A stretch of DNA of 64,000 bases from Deltaproteobacteria bacterium (lineage in GTDB: Bacteria > Desulfobacterota > GWC2-55-46 > DRQE01): assembly GCA_029858205.1 (NCBI GenBank), contig JAOUFM010000002.1, positions 91,176 to 155,175 of the forward strand, read 5' to 3'. The notes under the pieces were generated by a model, which saw only the letters and a program-made list of their open reading frames with translations, did no database searches and was not told where the DNA came from. A program made the translations under genes and the position numbers. Positions 21,816 through 33,281 of the stretch are shown one piece after another. The stretch's first letter is position 1. Each line of letters begins with the position of its first letter.

Positions 21816-22784
21816 TTAAAGCCCTGATAGAGCGGCGCCGTAGAGCGCGCACTTGTCGTTCATAACGGCCTTAACGGGAATATCCTTCATAAAGGCCCTG
21901 AACCTGCCCTTGGCGTGGAAAGCGCGGATAAAGGCCTTGTCCTTTTTTAGCGCCGTGATGATTTTTGGCGCGATGCCTCCGCCAATGAACACGCCTCCTG
22001 TTGAAAGCGTTTTTAGAGCCATGTTCCCTGCCTCGGCGCCAAGCACCGACATAAAGACCTCAAGCGCCTTTTTACATACCTTGTCGCCGCCCTTACGCAT
22101 GGCCTCGCCGGATATCACGGCTGCCTTATCGTCTACATTAAAACGTTCTTTTGTTCGAGGAGGGACTTCCCTTCCGGACATTAGAAAATCATAGATATCG
22201 CCTATGCCTCTACCAGAAAGCACTCTTTCATAGCTCACGTGCCCGTATTTTTTTCTAAGGAACAAAAGTAGCGCATCCTCTGTCTTGTTTTGCGGCGCAA
22301 AGTCCGCGTGCCCGCCCTCAGTTGCAACGACCGTGCAACACGTGCCGACAAGAGCGGCCTCACCAAGCCCCGTGCCTGGAGCTACCATGACGATATTGCC
22401 TTGCCTTGCCCTGCCTTTTTGAAGCACCGAGAAATCGGAGACATTAAGCGCGCCAACACCAATTACAGCGGCCTCAAGGTCGTTTAGAAGAACTGCTCGC
22501 TTAAAGCCGTACTTTTTCGCTATTACATTGGCATCTATCTTCCAGTCGATATTGACAAGAACAGCGCGGTTATTATTTACGGGCGCGGCAACGGCAATGG
22601 CCAGGCTTTCGGTCTTTGGCACAAGGGTAAGAAACGCGCGCACCACAGCCTCTGCACTCCCGAACTCGGAATTCTTAAACCTCCCGAACACAAGCTCGAT
22701 GAGCCGCCCCTTCTTGTCTATTCCAAAGGCAGCTGCATTGGTCTTTGTTCCGCCTATGTCAAATGCTATAACGCGCGGTTTCAT
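21816..22784 (-). CDS. glk: glucokinase (ROK/Glk family)
   Basis: N-terminal AFDIGGTKTNAA ATP-binding motif. Confidence 0.8.
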   Translation of the reverse strand: MKPRVIAFDIGGTKTNAAAFGIDKKGRLIELVFGRFKNSEFGSAEAVVRAFLTLVPKTESLAIAVAAPVNNNRAVLVNIDWKIDANVIAKKYGFKRAVLLNDLEAAVIGVGALNVSDFSVLQKGRARQGNIVMVAPGTGLGEAALVGTCCTVVATEGGHADFAPQNKTEDALLLFLRKKYGHVSYERVLSGRGIGDIYDFLMSGREVPPRTKERFNVDDKAAVISGEAMRKGGDKVCKKALEVFMSVLGAEAGNMALKTLSTGGVFIGGGIAPKIITALKKDKAFIRAFHAKGRFRAFMKDIPVKAVMNDKCALYGAALSGL

Positions 22785-22802
22785 GGTAAGGGATAGAGAA
22801 AA

Positions 22803-23705
22803 CTAACTTTTCTTTACTGCGTGGCCGCCAAATTCCTGCCTTAGCGCGGCAAGCACCTTTTCTCCAAAGGAATCCTCCTGCCTCGATCTAAAACGCCTGA
22901 AAAGCGATTCGGTTATCACAGGCGCGCTCACGCCAAGCTCGACCGCCTCGTTCACCGTCCATCTACCTTCGCCCGAATCATCGACATAGCCCTTTATGTT
23001 CTTTAGCCCCGGGTCTTTCGTAAGCGCGCTTTCTAAAAGCTCGAGAAGCCACGACCTCACGACACTTCCCCGGTTCCAGAGCCCGGCCACCTTCGATAAG
23101 TCAACGCCGTCTTTATAGCGAGACTCATTTATTATCTCGAACCCTTCGCCGTATGCCTGCATAAGGCCGTACTCGATGCCGTTATGCACCATCTTCACAA
23201 AGTGCCCTGCCCCGGGCAGGCCGCAGTACAGGTAGCCGTCCTTCGGGGCAAGGGTTTTAAACACAGGCTCTAATGTATCGAAGTCCTTTTTCTCGCCGCC
23301 TATCATCAGGCAATAGCCGACCTCCAGGCCCCAGATGCCGCCGCTCGTGCCGACATCCATATAGTTGATGCCGTCCTCGAGTAAATCGCCATAACGCCTG
23401 ATGTCGTCTTTATAAAAGGTGTTTCCGCCGTCTATGAGTATATCACCCTTTGAAAGATGCTTTCTAAGCCCCCGTATCATCTCCTCGGTTGCCTCTCCCG
23501 CAGGGACCATCATCCATATGATGCGCGGCGGCTTCAAAGCGTCTACGAGTTCCTTCAGGTTAGCCACCCCTGTTGCGCCGCTTCTTTCGGCCTCTTCGAT
23601 TTTCTTTTTATCTCTCGTATAGGCGATGACCTCGTGGCCGCCAAGAAGCAGCCGCTTGGTCATGTTCATGCCCATCCTGCCGAGCCCGACCATGGCAATA
23701 CGCAT
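22803..23705 (-). CDS. gnd: 6-phosphogluconate dehydrogenase (decarboxylating), short 300-aa form
   Basis: Rossmann MRIAMVGLGRMGMNM and 6PGD catalytic region. Length matches the YqeC/GndA-like short form. Confidence 0.75.
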   Translation of the reverse strand: MRIAMVGLGRMGMNMTKRLLLGGHEVIAYTRDKKKIEEAERSGATGVANLKELVDALKPPRIIWMMVPAGEATEEMIRGLRKHLSKGDILIDGGNTFYKDDIRRYGDLLEDGINYMDVGTSGGIWGLEVGYCLMIGGEKKDFDTLEPVFKTLAPKDGYLYCGLPGAGHFVKMVHNGIEYGLMQAYGEGFEIINESRYKDGVDLSKVAGLWNRGSVVRSWLLELLESALTKDPGLKNIKGYVDDSGEGRWTVNEAVELGVSAPVITESLFRRFRSRQEDSFGEKVLAALRQEFGGHAVKKS

Positions 23706-23735
23706 AAAACCCTCCGTTCGTATGCTAAAGAAAAC

Positions 23736-25478
23736 CTACTTAAGCGCGGCCTTAATAAGCGCGGCTGCGCTTTCCAGCGAGACCGCCACCTTACCCTTCA
23801 AAACAAAGAGCGCCGCGGCCTTGCCCTTTGCGCCAAGAGCGTCCATGTCGCCAAGAAGCTGCGCCCTCTCGAGTGAGGCAAACGAATACGCCTTCCCGGG
23901 TATTGACGCATCCACTCCGCCATCCGATATCATAAAGAAAAACGCGCCGCCCCTTGGCCCGCCCTTATGGAGCTGCCCTGTGGAATGCAGGTAGCGCGGG
24001 CCAAAGCCGAAAAGGGTCGTCTTCTTGGTCTTTAGCAGCACGGCCTTTCTCACGGCATCAAGCGGCCCCTTAAGAGCCGCGTCGTCCATATCAAGATAAG
24101 GCAGGAGCGCCAGGTACGAGCCTTTTTTAAGCGAGGTAAATATTTTTTTCAACGCGTCTTTGGGCTTTCTGCCCACACCCGTTATCCTCTGGCCGGGCTT
24201 GTTTATATAAACAGCCATATCCTTATCGTCGAGTATCATTCTATACGGTATGCCGGAGGCCTTATTTTTCTCGAAATCGCCGAGCACTGCCCTTGCCCTC
24301 TTCTTCGCGTCTTCGACGTCGGGCTGGTCAAACGGGTTTATACCGAGTATAGACCCTGCCGCAGCGGTTGCAACCTCCCACCTTACCATTTCTCCCGCTA
24401 TATCGTAGGCGTCGTCAAGGGTTATGGAAACGACCGGCTGCCTCCTTTTTATGAGAGAGGCCGCGGCTCCCGGCTCCTTTTTGCCCTTTAGCCCTATTGT
24501 AACGAACACGCGATCAGATGAGTACGCGGCCTCTGTAACCCTCGGCTCGCCGCTTACAGGAACGATGCCCTTACGCTCCTTACCCGTGCTTTCCGCTATG
24601 AGCTGCTCGAGCCAGAGAGAAAAGCTCTCAAGCTCGGGGGCAAGAAAGAACGTCACCTTATTTCTTCCGGCCTTGGCAAGCCCGCCAAGCGCCCCTCCGA
24701 GAACCGCACCCGGGCTAAATACCTCTTTAACTCCGGGAGAGCATTCGGAGAGCATCTGAAGCGCGGAGGATAAAAACTTCTTTATGTCAACGCCGATTAA
24801 CGCCGCAGGCACAAGGCCGAAGTAAGAAAGCGCGGAGTAGCGCCCGCCTATGTCAGAGCGGTTTACGAAGGTCTTTCTAAACCCCGCCTTCCTGGCAAGG
24901 GACTCGAGCACCGTGCCCGGGTCGGTTATGGCGACAAAGTTACTTCCCGCGCCCTTGCCCTTTACATTCTTTACCTTGTCGAGGAAATATTCGTAGAGGC
25001 AGTTTGGTTCTATGGTGGTGCCGGATTTGCTTGCGACTATGAAAAGCGTTTTTGCGGCGTTTACAGATTTCTCGACACGCCTTATTGCAGCGGGGTCGGT
25101 CGAGTCGAGCACATGGAGCCTAAGAAAGCCGTGCCGCACGCCTAGAATATCCTTATATACCAGTGGCGCAAGGCTCGATCCTCCCATGCCAAGAAGCACG
25201 GCGTCGGTAAACCCGGCGCTACGCGCCTCTTCGGCAAATGCCGTGAGCTCGTCTGCCTTTACCTTCATCAGCCCCGGCACAACTAGCCAGCCAAGCGAGT
25301 TTTCTATGATTGCCGCGTGTTCCGGGGTGTTTTTCCAGAGAGAGGCGTCCTTTGCCCAGAGTTTTCGAAGAAACCCCCTTCGCACAAGGCCGCTTACAGC
25401 GGTCTTTGCCAAAGAACCCGGCGCCCCGAGATTATAGCGCGCCCTGCTTCCGCCAAGGTCGTCGAAACCGCCCATCAA
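23736..25478 (-). CDS. pgi: glucose-6-phosphate isomerase
   Basis: SIS motifs SKSGTTIEP and GGRYSALS. Confidence 0.75.
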   Translation of the reverse strand: MMGGFDDLGGSRARYNLGAPGSLAKTAVSGLVRRGFLRKLWAKDASLWKNTPEHAAIIENSLGWLVVPGLMKVKADELTAFAEEARSAGFTDAVLLGMGGSSLAPLVYKDILGVRHGFLRLHVLDSTDPAAIRRVEKSVNAAKTLFIVASKSGTTIEPNCLYEYFLDKVKNVKGKGAGSNFVAITDPGTVLESLARKAGFRKTFVNRSDIGGRYSALSYFGLVPAALIGVDIKKFLSSALQMLSECSPGVKEVFSPGAVLGGALGGLAKAGRNKVTFFLAPELESFSLWLEQLIAESTGKERKGIVPVSGEPRVTEAAYSSDRVFVTIGLKGKKEPGAAASLIKRRQPVVSITLDDAYDIAGEMVRWEVATAAAGSILGINPFDQPDVEDAKKRARAVLGDFEKNKASGIPYRMILDDKDMAVYINKPGQRITGVGRKPKDALKKIFTSLKKGSYLALLPYLDMDDAALKGPLDAVRKAVLLKTKKTTLFGFGPRYLHSTGQLHKGGPRGGAFFFMISDGGVDASIPGKAYSFASLERAQLLGDMDALGAKGKAAALFVLKGKVAVSLESAAALIKAALK

Positions 25479-25532
25479 AGCCGCCCCTTTCCCAAAAAAG
25501 GTGTATGGTGCTGTTATGCCCTGTGCTACGCT

Positions 25533-27551
25533 TTACTTGCCAAGAAGCTTAAGCGCCCGGGTGCTGACATTATCCGCTGTCAGCCCGAGCTTTTCGTATA
25601 TCGTCTTGTACGGCGCCGAAGCCCCGAACCTGTCTATTCCTATTACCTCGCCGTGGCTGCTCGTGTACTTATGCCATCCGTGCGTGCACCCGGCCTCTAT
25701 GGCAATGCGCGTCTTTACCGTCGGCGGCAGTACCGAGTTCCTGTAGGCCTCATCCTGCTCATCGAATATATTGGTTGCCGGCATGCTGACAACCCTGGCC
25801 TTAACGCCCTTTGCCTGGAGCTTATCGTAGGCTCCAAGCGCTATCTCCACCTCCGAGCCTGTTGCAATAAGCACGACCTCGGGGGTTGAGTCGGCGCCCG
25901 CTATGACGTAGCCGCCTCTGGCAATATCTGCAACGGTTGATTTGCCGTATTTTTCCCTGTCTATCACAGGAAGGTTCTGCCTCGTAAGAGAGAGCGCCAC
26001 GGGGCCCTTATTCCTCTTAAGCGCTATCCTCCATGCCTCGACCGTTTCAACCGCGTCAGCAGGCCTTAGTACCGTAAGGTTTGGCATGGCACGCAAGGCA
26101 GAGAGGTGCTCTATTGGCTGGTGCGTGGGGCCGTCCTCGCCAAGGCCGATCGAATCGTGCGTAAACACGTATATAACGTGGAAGCCCGAGAGCGCGGCAA
26201 CGCGTATTGCCGGCCTCATGTAATCCGAGAACACGAGAAACGTTCCGCCGTAGGGAATAAGTATGCCGCCCTGGGCAATGCCGTTCATTATGGAGCCCAT
26301 TGCGTGCTCGCGCACACCGTAATGGATATTCCTGCCGGACTTGCCGGGCTCGAACACGCCCATATCTTTTAGAAAAGTATTGTTTGACGGCGCAAGGTCT
26401 GCCGAACCGCCTATCAGGAACGGCGTCTTCTTTGCAATGGCATTGAGCACCTTTCCAGAAACGCTCCTTGTCGCAACGGCCGAGTCCTTTGCGCTAAACT
26501 TCGGAAGATCCGATTCCCAGCCCGTATCGAAGTTTCCCGATAAAATGGCCTTCACTTCCTTGGCAAGCTCAGGGAATGCCTTTTCATAATGATGGAAGTT
26601 CGAGTTCCATTCCTTTTCAAGGAACTCGCCCTTTTCAACTGCCGCGTTCATGGCCTTTGCTACTTCCTGTGGCACATGGAACTCAGGGGCGTCGTCAGGC
26701 CACCCAAGCTTCTTCTTCGCTGCCTTTGCCTCATCAGGGCCAAGCGGCGAGCCGTGGGCCTCGCTCGAGTCCTGCTTAGCGGGGCTTCCAAACCCTATGT
26801 TCGTTCTCACTATTACGAGCGAAGGTCTGGTCTTCTCTTTTCTCGCTTCGTCTATTGCGTGCGTGATACCGTCAAGGTCATTACCATCGGCCCTGACAAC
26901 GTGCCACTTAAGGGCCTCGAACCTTTTCCCGACATCCTCGGTAAAGGCGATATCGGTAGAGCCTTCGATGGTTATCTTATTATCGGAATATAAATACACT
27001 ATATGCCCGAGCCCGAGATGCCCTGCGATGCTCGCGGCCTCGTTCGATACGCCCTCCATTAAATCGCCGTCGCTCGTTATGGCATAAATAAAGTAATCGA
27101 ACAGATTGTGGCCTGGCTTGTTATAGCGGTCTGCAAGGTATTTTTGCGCAATCGCCATGCCCACACCGTTGGCAAACCCCTGCCCAAGCGGGCCGGTAGT
27201 TGTCTCGATGCCGCGCTTCAAGTCGTACTCCGGATGCCCTGGGGTGTGACTTCCCCACTGCCGAAAATTCTTCAAGTCATCGATTGTAAGATCGTAGCCT
27301 GTAAGATGCAAAAGAGAGTAAAGCAGCATGCTGCCGTGCCCGGCAGAGAGAACAAAGCGGTCCCTTCCTGCCCATTTCGGGTTCTTCGGGCTGTGGCGTA
27401 GAAACTTTTTCCAGAGCGCATATGCCATCTTGGCATCCCCCATGGGCATGCCAGGGTGCCCGCTCTTGGCCTTTTCGACCGCGTCCACGGAGAGAAAACG
27501 TATGGTATTTATGCAAAGCTCGTCAATGTGATTGTTCTTATTTTCCATCAT
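25533..27551 (-). CDS. tkt: transketolase
   Basis: N-terminal HPGMPMG TPP motif; 672 aa. Confidence 0.95.
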   Translation of the reverse strand: MMENKNNHIDELCINTIRFLSVDAVEKAKSGHPGMPMGDAKMAYALWKKFLRHSPKNPKWAGRDRFVLSAGHGSMLLYSLLHLTGYDLTIDDLKNFRQWGSHTPGHPEYDLKRGIETTTGPLGQGFANGVGMAIAQKYLADRYNKPGHNLFDYFIYAITSDGDLMEGVSNEAASIAGHLGLGHIVYLYSDNKITIEGSTDIAFTEDVGKRFEALKWHVVRADGNDLDGITHAIDEARKEKTRPSLVIVRTNIGFGSPAKQDSSEAHGSPLGPDEAKAAKKKLGWPDDAPEFHVPQEVAKAMNAAVEKGEFLEKEWNSNFHHYEKAFPELAKEVKAILSGNFDTGWESDLPKFSAKDSAVATRSVSGKVLNAIAKKTPFLIGGSADLAPSNNTFLKDMGVFEPGKSGRNIHYGVREHAMGSIMNGIAQGGILIPYGGTFLVFSDYMRPAIRVAALSGFHVIYVFTHDSIGLGEDGPTHQPIEHLSALRAMPNLTVLRPADAVETVEAWRIALKRNKGPVALSLTRQNLPVIDREKYGKSTVADIARGGYVIAGADSTPEVVLIATGSEVEIALGAYDKLQAKGVKARVVSMPATNIFDEQDEAYRNSVLPPTVKTRIAIEAGCTHGWHKYTSSHGEVIGIDRFGASAPYKTIYEKLGLTADNVSTRALKLLGK

Positions 27552-27622
27552 ACCCCTCTCGAAAATAATATTAAAGTCTACTCAATAAATCGCAAAAAGC
27601 AAGGCCCGGTAGCGTTGCCGGC

Positions 27623-28339
27623 TTACTTATCCTTCTTTACGGTGTCGGCAGCGGCATTGCCCTTTTCCTCATCATCGTCATCATCGTCATCGTCGGCCTT
27701 CTTTCTTACCGGCGGATGAAGAGGGTCGTAGGGCGGCACCACCATGCCTCCGGATATGACGAGCTTAAACGCATCCTCTACACTCATGTCGAGCTCTATG
27801 ATCTCTCGCTCCGGAACCGCAAAATAAAACCCGGAGGTCGGGTTCGGCGTTGTCGGGATAAACACATTCACCGTATCCTCCTTTGTCTTATATTGCACCT
27901 CGCCCTTTGCCTTTCCTGTAACAAACCCCATGCCGTACATGCCTTTGCGCGGGTACTCGACCAGGACGACCTTCTGAAATCCGGTCGACTCCTTCGAAAA
28001 AAACGTCTCCAAAAACTGCTTCGAGCCCTTGTATATGGAGTTCATTATCGGCATCCGCTCGATTATCCATTCGCTTAAACCAACAAGCTTATTGCCAAGA
28101 AAATTCTTGGCCACAAGCCCGACACCGAATATCAGGACAACCGTGAATATGACGCCGAGCCCCGGTATCTTGAAGCCAAGGTACGTCTCCGGCCTCGATG
28201 CCTCCGGCAGATAGTTAAGGAGCGAGTCCATGGCCCCGACAATCAGGCTAAGCACGTAAACCGCCAGATAAAACGGTATTACTATAAGGAGCCCGGTTAC
28301 GAAGTAATCACGTATAAGCTTCCTTGTTTTTTTCTTCAT
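27623..28339 (-). CDS. DUF502-family membrane protein with C-terminal poly-Asp/Glu tail
   Basis: Two TM segments at the N-terminus and a conserved DUF502 core. The tail [15 protein letters not shown] is encoded by a GAY repeat near 27655-27700. Confidence 0.7.
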   Translation of the reverse strand: MKKKTRKLIRDYFVTGLLIVIPFYLAVYVLSLIVGAMDSLLNYLPEASRPETYLGFKIPGLGVIFTVVLIFGVGLVAKNFLGNKLVGLSEWIIERMPIMNSIYKGSKQFLETFFSKESTGFQKVVLVEYPRKGMYGMGFVTGKAKGEVQYKTKEDTVNVFIPTTPNPTSGFYFAVPEREIIELDMSVEDAFKLVISGGMVVPPYDPLHPPVRKKADDDDDDDDEEKGNAAADTVKKDK

Positions 28340-28713
28340 AAGCCCCCGGCAAGGACGCTGGAAACTTTCCTTACCGCGTTCTTTTCGTCAACGTACACGA
28401 GCACCGGCTTATGACGCCTTGCCTCAACTTCCTCCATCACGGCGTAGGCCGCTATGATTATTATGTCCCCTGGCTTTGCCAGGTGCGCGGCAGCTCCGTT
28501 TATGGATATCGTGCCGCTCCCCGAAGGGGCCTCGATGGCGTAGGTCTGAAAGCGGTTACCGTTGGTTATATTATATATCTCGACCTTCTCGAACTCGAGT
28601 ATGCCCGAGGTCTCGAGAAGCGTCTTATCAACGGCAATGCTTCCTTCATAGTTAACGTTCGCGTCAGTGACCGTAGCGCGATGAATTTTACATTTCAGCA
28701 TCGTGTACTGCAT
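28336..28713 (-). CDS. panD: aspartate 1-decarboxylase
   Basis: [17 protein letters not shown]... and the pyruvoyl-forming G-S site context. Confidence 0.95.
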   Translation of the reverse strand: MQYTMLKCKIHRATVTDANVNYEGSIAVDKTLLETSGILEFEKVEIYNITNGNRFQTYAIEAPSGSGTISINGAAAHLAKPGDIIIIAAYAVMEEVEARRHKPVLVYVDEKNAVRKVSSVLAGGL

Positions 28714-28724
28714 ATTTCCCTCCG

Positions 28725-29597
28725 TTAGCGGTTTGTCCGCGGCCCCGAGTCCTCGAGCACGCGGTTATCGATAAGCCTCGTATTGCCGACTTTTACTGCA
28801 ACCGCAACGAGCGCCCTGCCCTTTATGTCCTCGATATCGTCGAGTGTTTCGGGCGAACACACGTGCAAGTATTCTACCATGACGAGCGGCTCTTTCGCCA
28901 TGATTTTCCTCATCTTTTCTATTATTACCCCTGCCTTCCTATCCCCTTCCCCAAAGGCCAGGGAGGCCGCGTCCAGGGCAGCCGGAATGGCCCTTGCGGC
29001 AAGCCTCTCCTCTGTAGAAAGGTACTTATTTCTCGAGCTCATCGCGAGCCCGTCAGCCTCCCTTACCGTCGGCACCGACACTATCTCTATATCCATGTTT
29101 AAGTCGACCACCATGCGCCTTATTATAAGCTGCTGCTGATAATCCTTAAGCCCAAACACTGCCTTATCCGGGGCCACTATGTTAAAGAGCTTCGTAACGA
29201 CCGTCGTAACCCCCTTAAAGTGCCCGGGTCTTGATTTGCCGCAAAGCTTTTCAGACAACCCTTCGACCTCGACCTTGGTACCAACGGACTCGCCGCCCGG
29301 ATACATTACATCCGCAGACGGCATAAAGAACGCGTCCACGCCTGAACCTTCACAAAGCCTTTTATCCCGCTCGATGTCTCTCGGGTATCTGGCAAAATCC
29401 TCGTTTGGCCCGAACTGCAAAGGGTTTACGAACACGCTAACCACGACCTTATCGCAAAGCCCCTTTGCCACCTTCACGAGCTCAAGGTGGCCTTCGTGCA
29501 GATACCCCATGGTCGGCACAAAAGCGAGCGTTTGGCCCTCTCTCTTTTGCGCGGCCGAATAAGAGCGCATCCCGCCTACTGTGTCTATCACCTTCAT
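28725..29597 (-). CDS. panC: pantoate--beta-alanine ligase
   Basis: [14 protein letters not shown]-type motif. Confidence 0.95.
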   Translation of the reverse strand: MKVIDTVGGMRSYSAAQKREGQTLAFVPTMGYLHEGHLELVKVAKGLCDKVVVSVFVNPLQFGPNEDFARYPRDIERDKRLCEGSGVDAFFMPSADVMYPGGESVGTKVEVEGLSEKLCGKSRPGHFKGVTTVVTKLFNIVAPDKAVFGLKDYQQQLIIRRMVVDLNMDIEIVSVPTVREADGLAMSSRNKYLSTEERLAARAIPAALDAASLAFGEGDRKAGVIIEKMRKIMAKEPLVMVEYLHVCSPETLDDIEDIKGRALVAVAVKVGNTRLIDNRVLEDSGPRTNR

Positions 29598-30398
29598 CTA
29601 ATATGAATGCTCCTCGTCAGGGAACTTTCCGGCCTCTACATCGTCCTTATAGCGCGTAACGGCCTTGCTTATAACCTCGTCGAGGTTGGCGTAACGCTTG
29701 ACGAACTTCGGCGCTGTTTTCTCCAAGTCCATGCCGAGCATATCGTTTAGGACAAGCACCTGCCCGTCGCAGCCGACACCTGCGCCGATGCCGATAGTCG
29801 GAATGGAAAGCTCCTTCGTAATCGTCTTTGCAAGCTCTGAGGGAATGCCTTCGAGCACCATGGAAAACGCCCCCGCATCCTCGACTGCTTTTGCGTCGGC
29901 AAGTATTTCCTTTGAAGCCTCTTTTGTCCTGCCCTGCACCTTATATCCGCCCATGGTAAGCACGGACTGCGGCGTAAGCCCCACGTGCCCCATCACCGGA
30001 ATGCCTGCCTCTGCCATTGCCTTTATAACGGCGGCAGACCTCACTCCGCCCTCGACCTTTACACCGTCAGCGCCTGCTTCCTTTAGAAACCTCCCTGCGT
30101 TCTTTAAGGCCTCCTCAACAGAAGGCTGGTACGACATAAACGGCATATCCGCGACCACGAAGGCGTCCTTACAGGCCCTTGAAACGCTCCTTACGTGATA
30201 TATCATTTCGTCCATGGTGACCGGAAGTGTGGTCTCATGGCCTGCCTCTACCATGCCAACTGAATCGCCTACAAGGACGACAGGGATGCCCGCGTTATCG
30301 ATAATCCTCGCCGTCTGAAAGCCGTAAGCCGTAAGCACGGCTATCTTTTTACCGTCCTTTTTATATTTCAGTATGTCGCTAACCGTTATTTTCTTCAC
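29598..30398 (-). CDS. panB: 3-methyl-2-oxobutanoate hydroxymethyltransferase
   Basis: PanB family. The likely start is GTG near 30398, preceded by a GAGGAG RBS. The track ATG at 30485 adds an atypical 29-aa extension. Confidence 0.9.
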   Translation of the reverse strand: MKKITVSDILKYKKDGKKIAVLTAYGFQTARIIDNAGIPVVLVGDSVGMVEAGHETTLPVTMDEMIYHVRSVSRACKDAFVVADMPFMSYQPSVEEALKNAGRFLKEAGADGVKVEGGVRSAAVIKAMAEAGIPVMGHVGLTPQSVLTMGGYKVQGRTKEASKEILADAKAVEDAGAFSMVLEGIPSELAKTITKELSIPTIGIGAGVGCDGQVLVLNDMLGMDLEKTAPKFVKRYANLDEVISKAVTRYKDDVEAGKFPDEEHSY

Positions 30399-30542
30399 AC
30401 CCGTCTCCTCTTTTAGACACGCCAAATAAAAAAGCCTTCCGGACAAAACCGGAAGGCGAAAACGCACGGCATCGAAAGACGCCAAAGCGCATCGAACAAA
30501 AATCCTTCGAGTTCCGTCCCGGTCTATGACTTGGCCTTTCGC

Positions 30543-31187
30543 CTAAGCCTTCGATCCAAGCGGTATGTAGTGCTGCGTGCCACCCTTCATGGACTTTATC
30601 TCCTTTATAAGGTTGGATAAGTCCCTCGGGTTCTCTACAAAATCTATCTCGGTCGTATTAACGACCAGAAGCGGCGTGTCCGTGTAATAGAAAAAGTACT
30701 TGTTATACGCGTCGACAAGCCGCTCTAGATATTCCTCCGATATTCCCTGTTCATAGTCCTTGTTTCTTTTTGCTATGCGCTCGATTAGCACCTCTGTCGA
30801 GGCCTGCATGTATATTACCATATCCGGCTTCGGAAGGCTCGCGTCAAGAAGCCTGTATACCTGCTCGTAGAGCGAGAGCTCGTGCTCGTCAAGATTGAGA
30901 TACGCGAAAATCCTGTCCTTCGAAAAAAGATAATCCGACACTACAGAGCTCTTAAAGAGGTCTGCCTGCGCAATCTCCTTTTGCTGCTGGTAGCGGCTAA
31001 GGAGAAAGAAAAGCTGCGTCTGAAAGGCGTACTTTTTCCTGTCACCGTAGAACTGCTTTAAAAACGGGTTGTCGTCAACGCCCTCGAGCATGGCTCTTCC
31101 GCCAAGCTCCTTTGCAAGAAGTTCGGCAAAGCTGGTCTTTCCGACCCCTATGGGCCCTTCAAGGGCTATATATCTTGCCTTATTCAT
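30543..31187 (-). CDS. deoxynucleoside kinase
   Basis: dNK family with P-loop LEGPIGVGKTS. Confidence 0.8.
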   Translation of the reverse strand: MNKARYIALEGPIGVGKTSFAELLAKELGGRAMLEGVDDNPFLKQFYGDRKKYAFQTQLFFLLSRYQQQKEIAQADLFKSSVVSDYLFSKDRIFAYLNLDEHELSLYEQVYRLLDASLPKPDMVIYMQASTEVLIERIAKRNKDYEQGISEEYLERLVDAYNKYFFYYTDTPLLVVNTTEIDFVENPRDLSNLIKEIKSMKGGTQHYIPLGSKA

Positions 31188-31230
31188 AAAAACTCAGGAT
31201 AACGCATGGAAGCCCGAAAAGTCAAGAACG

Positions 31231-32049
31231 CTATTTTCCGCCAACGGCGCTATCCAAAAACGCCGACACCTCTTCGGAAAGGCGCGCGAATTCGGCTACA
31301 TCGAGCGTCTCGCCGCGCCTCTTGGGGTCGATGCCTGCGCCTTTTAGCGCCTCGCTTATAACCTCATCGCCAAGCCCGAGCGTTTTAAGGGCATTGGCAA
31401 GCGTTTTCCTCCTCTGCCCAAACGCGGCCCGAACGACCTTCCTGTATACCGGCTCCAGAGAGGCCCCTACAAGCGGGCTCTCGAGGGGCCTTACCCTTAA
31501 AACCGTTGACCAGACCTTGGGCCTGGGCTTAAAGCAGTTTGGAGAAACGTCGAATAACTTCTTAACCTCCATGAAGGCCCCGACCACAGCCGTTATCGAC
31601 CCGTACTCCGGCGTTGAAGGCGCGGCAACGAGCCTCTCCGCCACCTCCTTCTGGAACATCAGTATCAGCTCTAAGAAGGCATCGCGCTCCTCGGTAAACT
31701 TTATCAGGAGCGGGCCGGAAATATTATACGGCAAATTGGCAACACACTTGAACCTGGCTTCGGCCTTTTTTGCAAGGGCCGTAAAATCCGTTTTCAAGGC
31801 ATCGGCCTCGACAAGGGAAAAGCCCATTACCCCTGAAAACTTCTTTTTTAGCATGAAGGCAAGGTCTCTGTCTATCTCGACCGCAGTCACAAGCGCGCCT
31901 TCGGCTAAAAGAGCCGAGGTAAGCGCTCCGTCGCCGGGGCCGACCTCGAGCACAGTGGCTTCGTCAAGCGGCAGGGCTGCGCCGATTATCTTTCTTACGA
32001 TATTCGGGTCTACGAGAAAGTGCTGGCCGTATTTCTTCTTTAGCATCAC
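31231..32049 (-). CDS. rsmA: 16S rRNA (adenine1518/1519-N6)-dimethyltransferase
   Basis: KKKYGQHFL and LEVGPGDGALT SAM motifs. Confidence 0.92.
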   Translation of the reverse strand: MMLKKKYGQHFLVDPNIVRKIIGAALPLDEATVLEVGPGDGALTSALLAEGALVTAVEIDRDLAFMLKKKFSGVMGFSLVEADALKTDFTALAKKAEARFKCVANLPYNISGPLLIKFTEERDAFLELILMFQKEVAERLVAAPSTPEYGSITAVVGAFMEVKKLFDVSPNCFKPRPKVWSTVLRVRPLESPLVGASLEPVYRKVVRAAFGQRRKTLANALKTLGLGDEVISEALKGAGIDPKRRGETLDVAEFARLSEEVSAFLDSAVGGK

Positions 32050-33275
32050 AGCGATGTTTTACGCGAAGCGGCCGCGCCGCTTGCCATGGCAAAACGCACG
32101 ACATCGGAAGAAACCCTGTTCAAAGCCTCCGTACCCGCCTCCCCTGCCCCGCCTGCCTCTTCAACGGCTGCCTTGGCGCCTGGCGCGGCATTATCGGTTT
32201 TCACGGCCATAACTTCGCCCTTTACCGCCTTCTTATCCTTCACGCCGCGCCACCTGGCAGATGCGTAAAGCGGCACTGATATATCCATCAGCTTGCCCAG
32301 TATCCTGTCCCTTTCGCTTCCATTGGCAACGGCAGGGAAAAATGTCGTATGTCTGGATACAGGCACGACCTCGTAGGACAGCATGCGGCTTCCCGAAAAC
32401 TGTATCTTCAGCATGAGCCCGAGAAGCGTATCGGGCTTTCTCTGGTCGAATACGAAGTTGCCAAGGCTATAGGCTATGAGCCCTCCCTTATATTCCTCTA
32501 CACCCTGAGGCACGTGCGGATGGTGGCCAAGGATCAAGTCCGCGCCCCAGTCTATTATCTTATGTGCCAGTCTGACGTCCGACTTCTCCGGCAACAATTT
32601 ATACTCAACGCCCCAGTGAAGCGAAACAACCACCACGTCGGCATTCTTACGCACTTCCTTTACCGCGCGCCTTATCCTGTCATGGTCCCACGGCGAGATA
32701 ATGCCGGCCCTCGAAGATGTCGCGTAGACCTTGCTGTCATGCGCTATGGCATAACCAAGGAATGCGAACTTCACGCCCTTTACGGTCACATACACCGGCT
32801 CTGCTGCCTCGGACGCGTTCTGTCCCGCGCCAAAGTACGCTATGCCGGCAGCGCCAAGAAGTATCCTGGTCTCATCTATTGGCTCGGGGCCAAAGTCCAT
32901 GGCGTGATTATTAGAGAGGCTAAGCACCGTAAACCCGGCGTCCTTGAGACTAAGAACGCTCTCGGGAGGGGCGATAAAGTTAAACGGCTTTTGAAAATAC
33001 GTCTTGGTCCTTTTTACTCCGAGAACGCTCTCGAGATTGCCAAAAACTATATCTCCCTTGTTAAGCTCCGTAGAAACCTCGGAGAACGGGTAATCGTTGC
33101 CGAGCTTTTCTGTCATCCTCAAAATGCCGCGCGAGAGCATTATGTCGCCAACGGCGATAAAGGTGATGTCCTCGGCCTTTTTGCCAGAGGAGCTCTTTAC
33201 GGCATTGTCAGCCGCGCGCGACGCCAGTGGGGCGCAAAGCAGAATAAAAACTATCGAAGCATAGAGTAAACGCAT
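32046..33275 (-). CDS. CapA/PgsA-family metallophosphatase (poly-gamma-glutamate capsule synthesis-like), secreted
   Basis: Signal peptide, IAVGDIMLSR... and GHHPHV motifs. Confidence 0.75.
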   Translation of the reverse strand: MRLLYASIVFILLCAPLASRAADNAVKSSSGKKAEDITFIAVGDIMLSRGILRMTEKLGNDYPFSEVSTELNKGDIVFGNLESVLGVKRTKTYFQKPFNFIAPPESVLSLKDAGFTVLSLSNNHAMDFGPEPIDETRILLGAAGIAYFGAGQNASEAAEPVYVTVKGVKFAFLGYAIAHDSKVYATSSRAGIISPWDHDRIRRAVKEVRKNADVVVVSLHWGVEYKLLPEKSDVRLAHKIIDWGADLILGHHPHVPQGVEEYKGGLIAYSLGNFVFDQRKPDTLLGLMLKIQFSGSRMLSYEVVPVSRHTTFFPAVANGSERDRILGKLMDISVPLYASARWRGVKDKKAVKGEVMAVKTDNAAPGAKAAVEEAGGAGEAGTEALNRVSSDVVRFAMASGAAASRKTSL

Positions 33276-33281
33276 CTTGAC

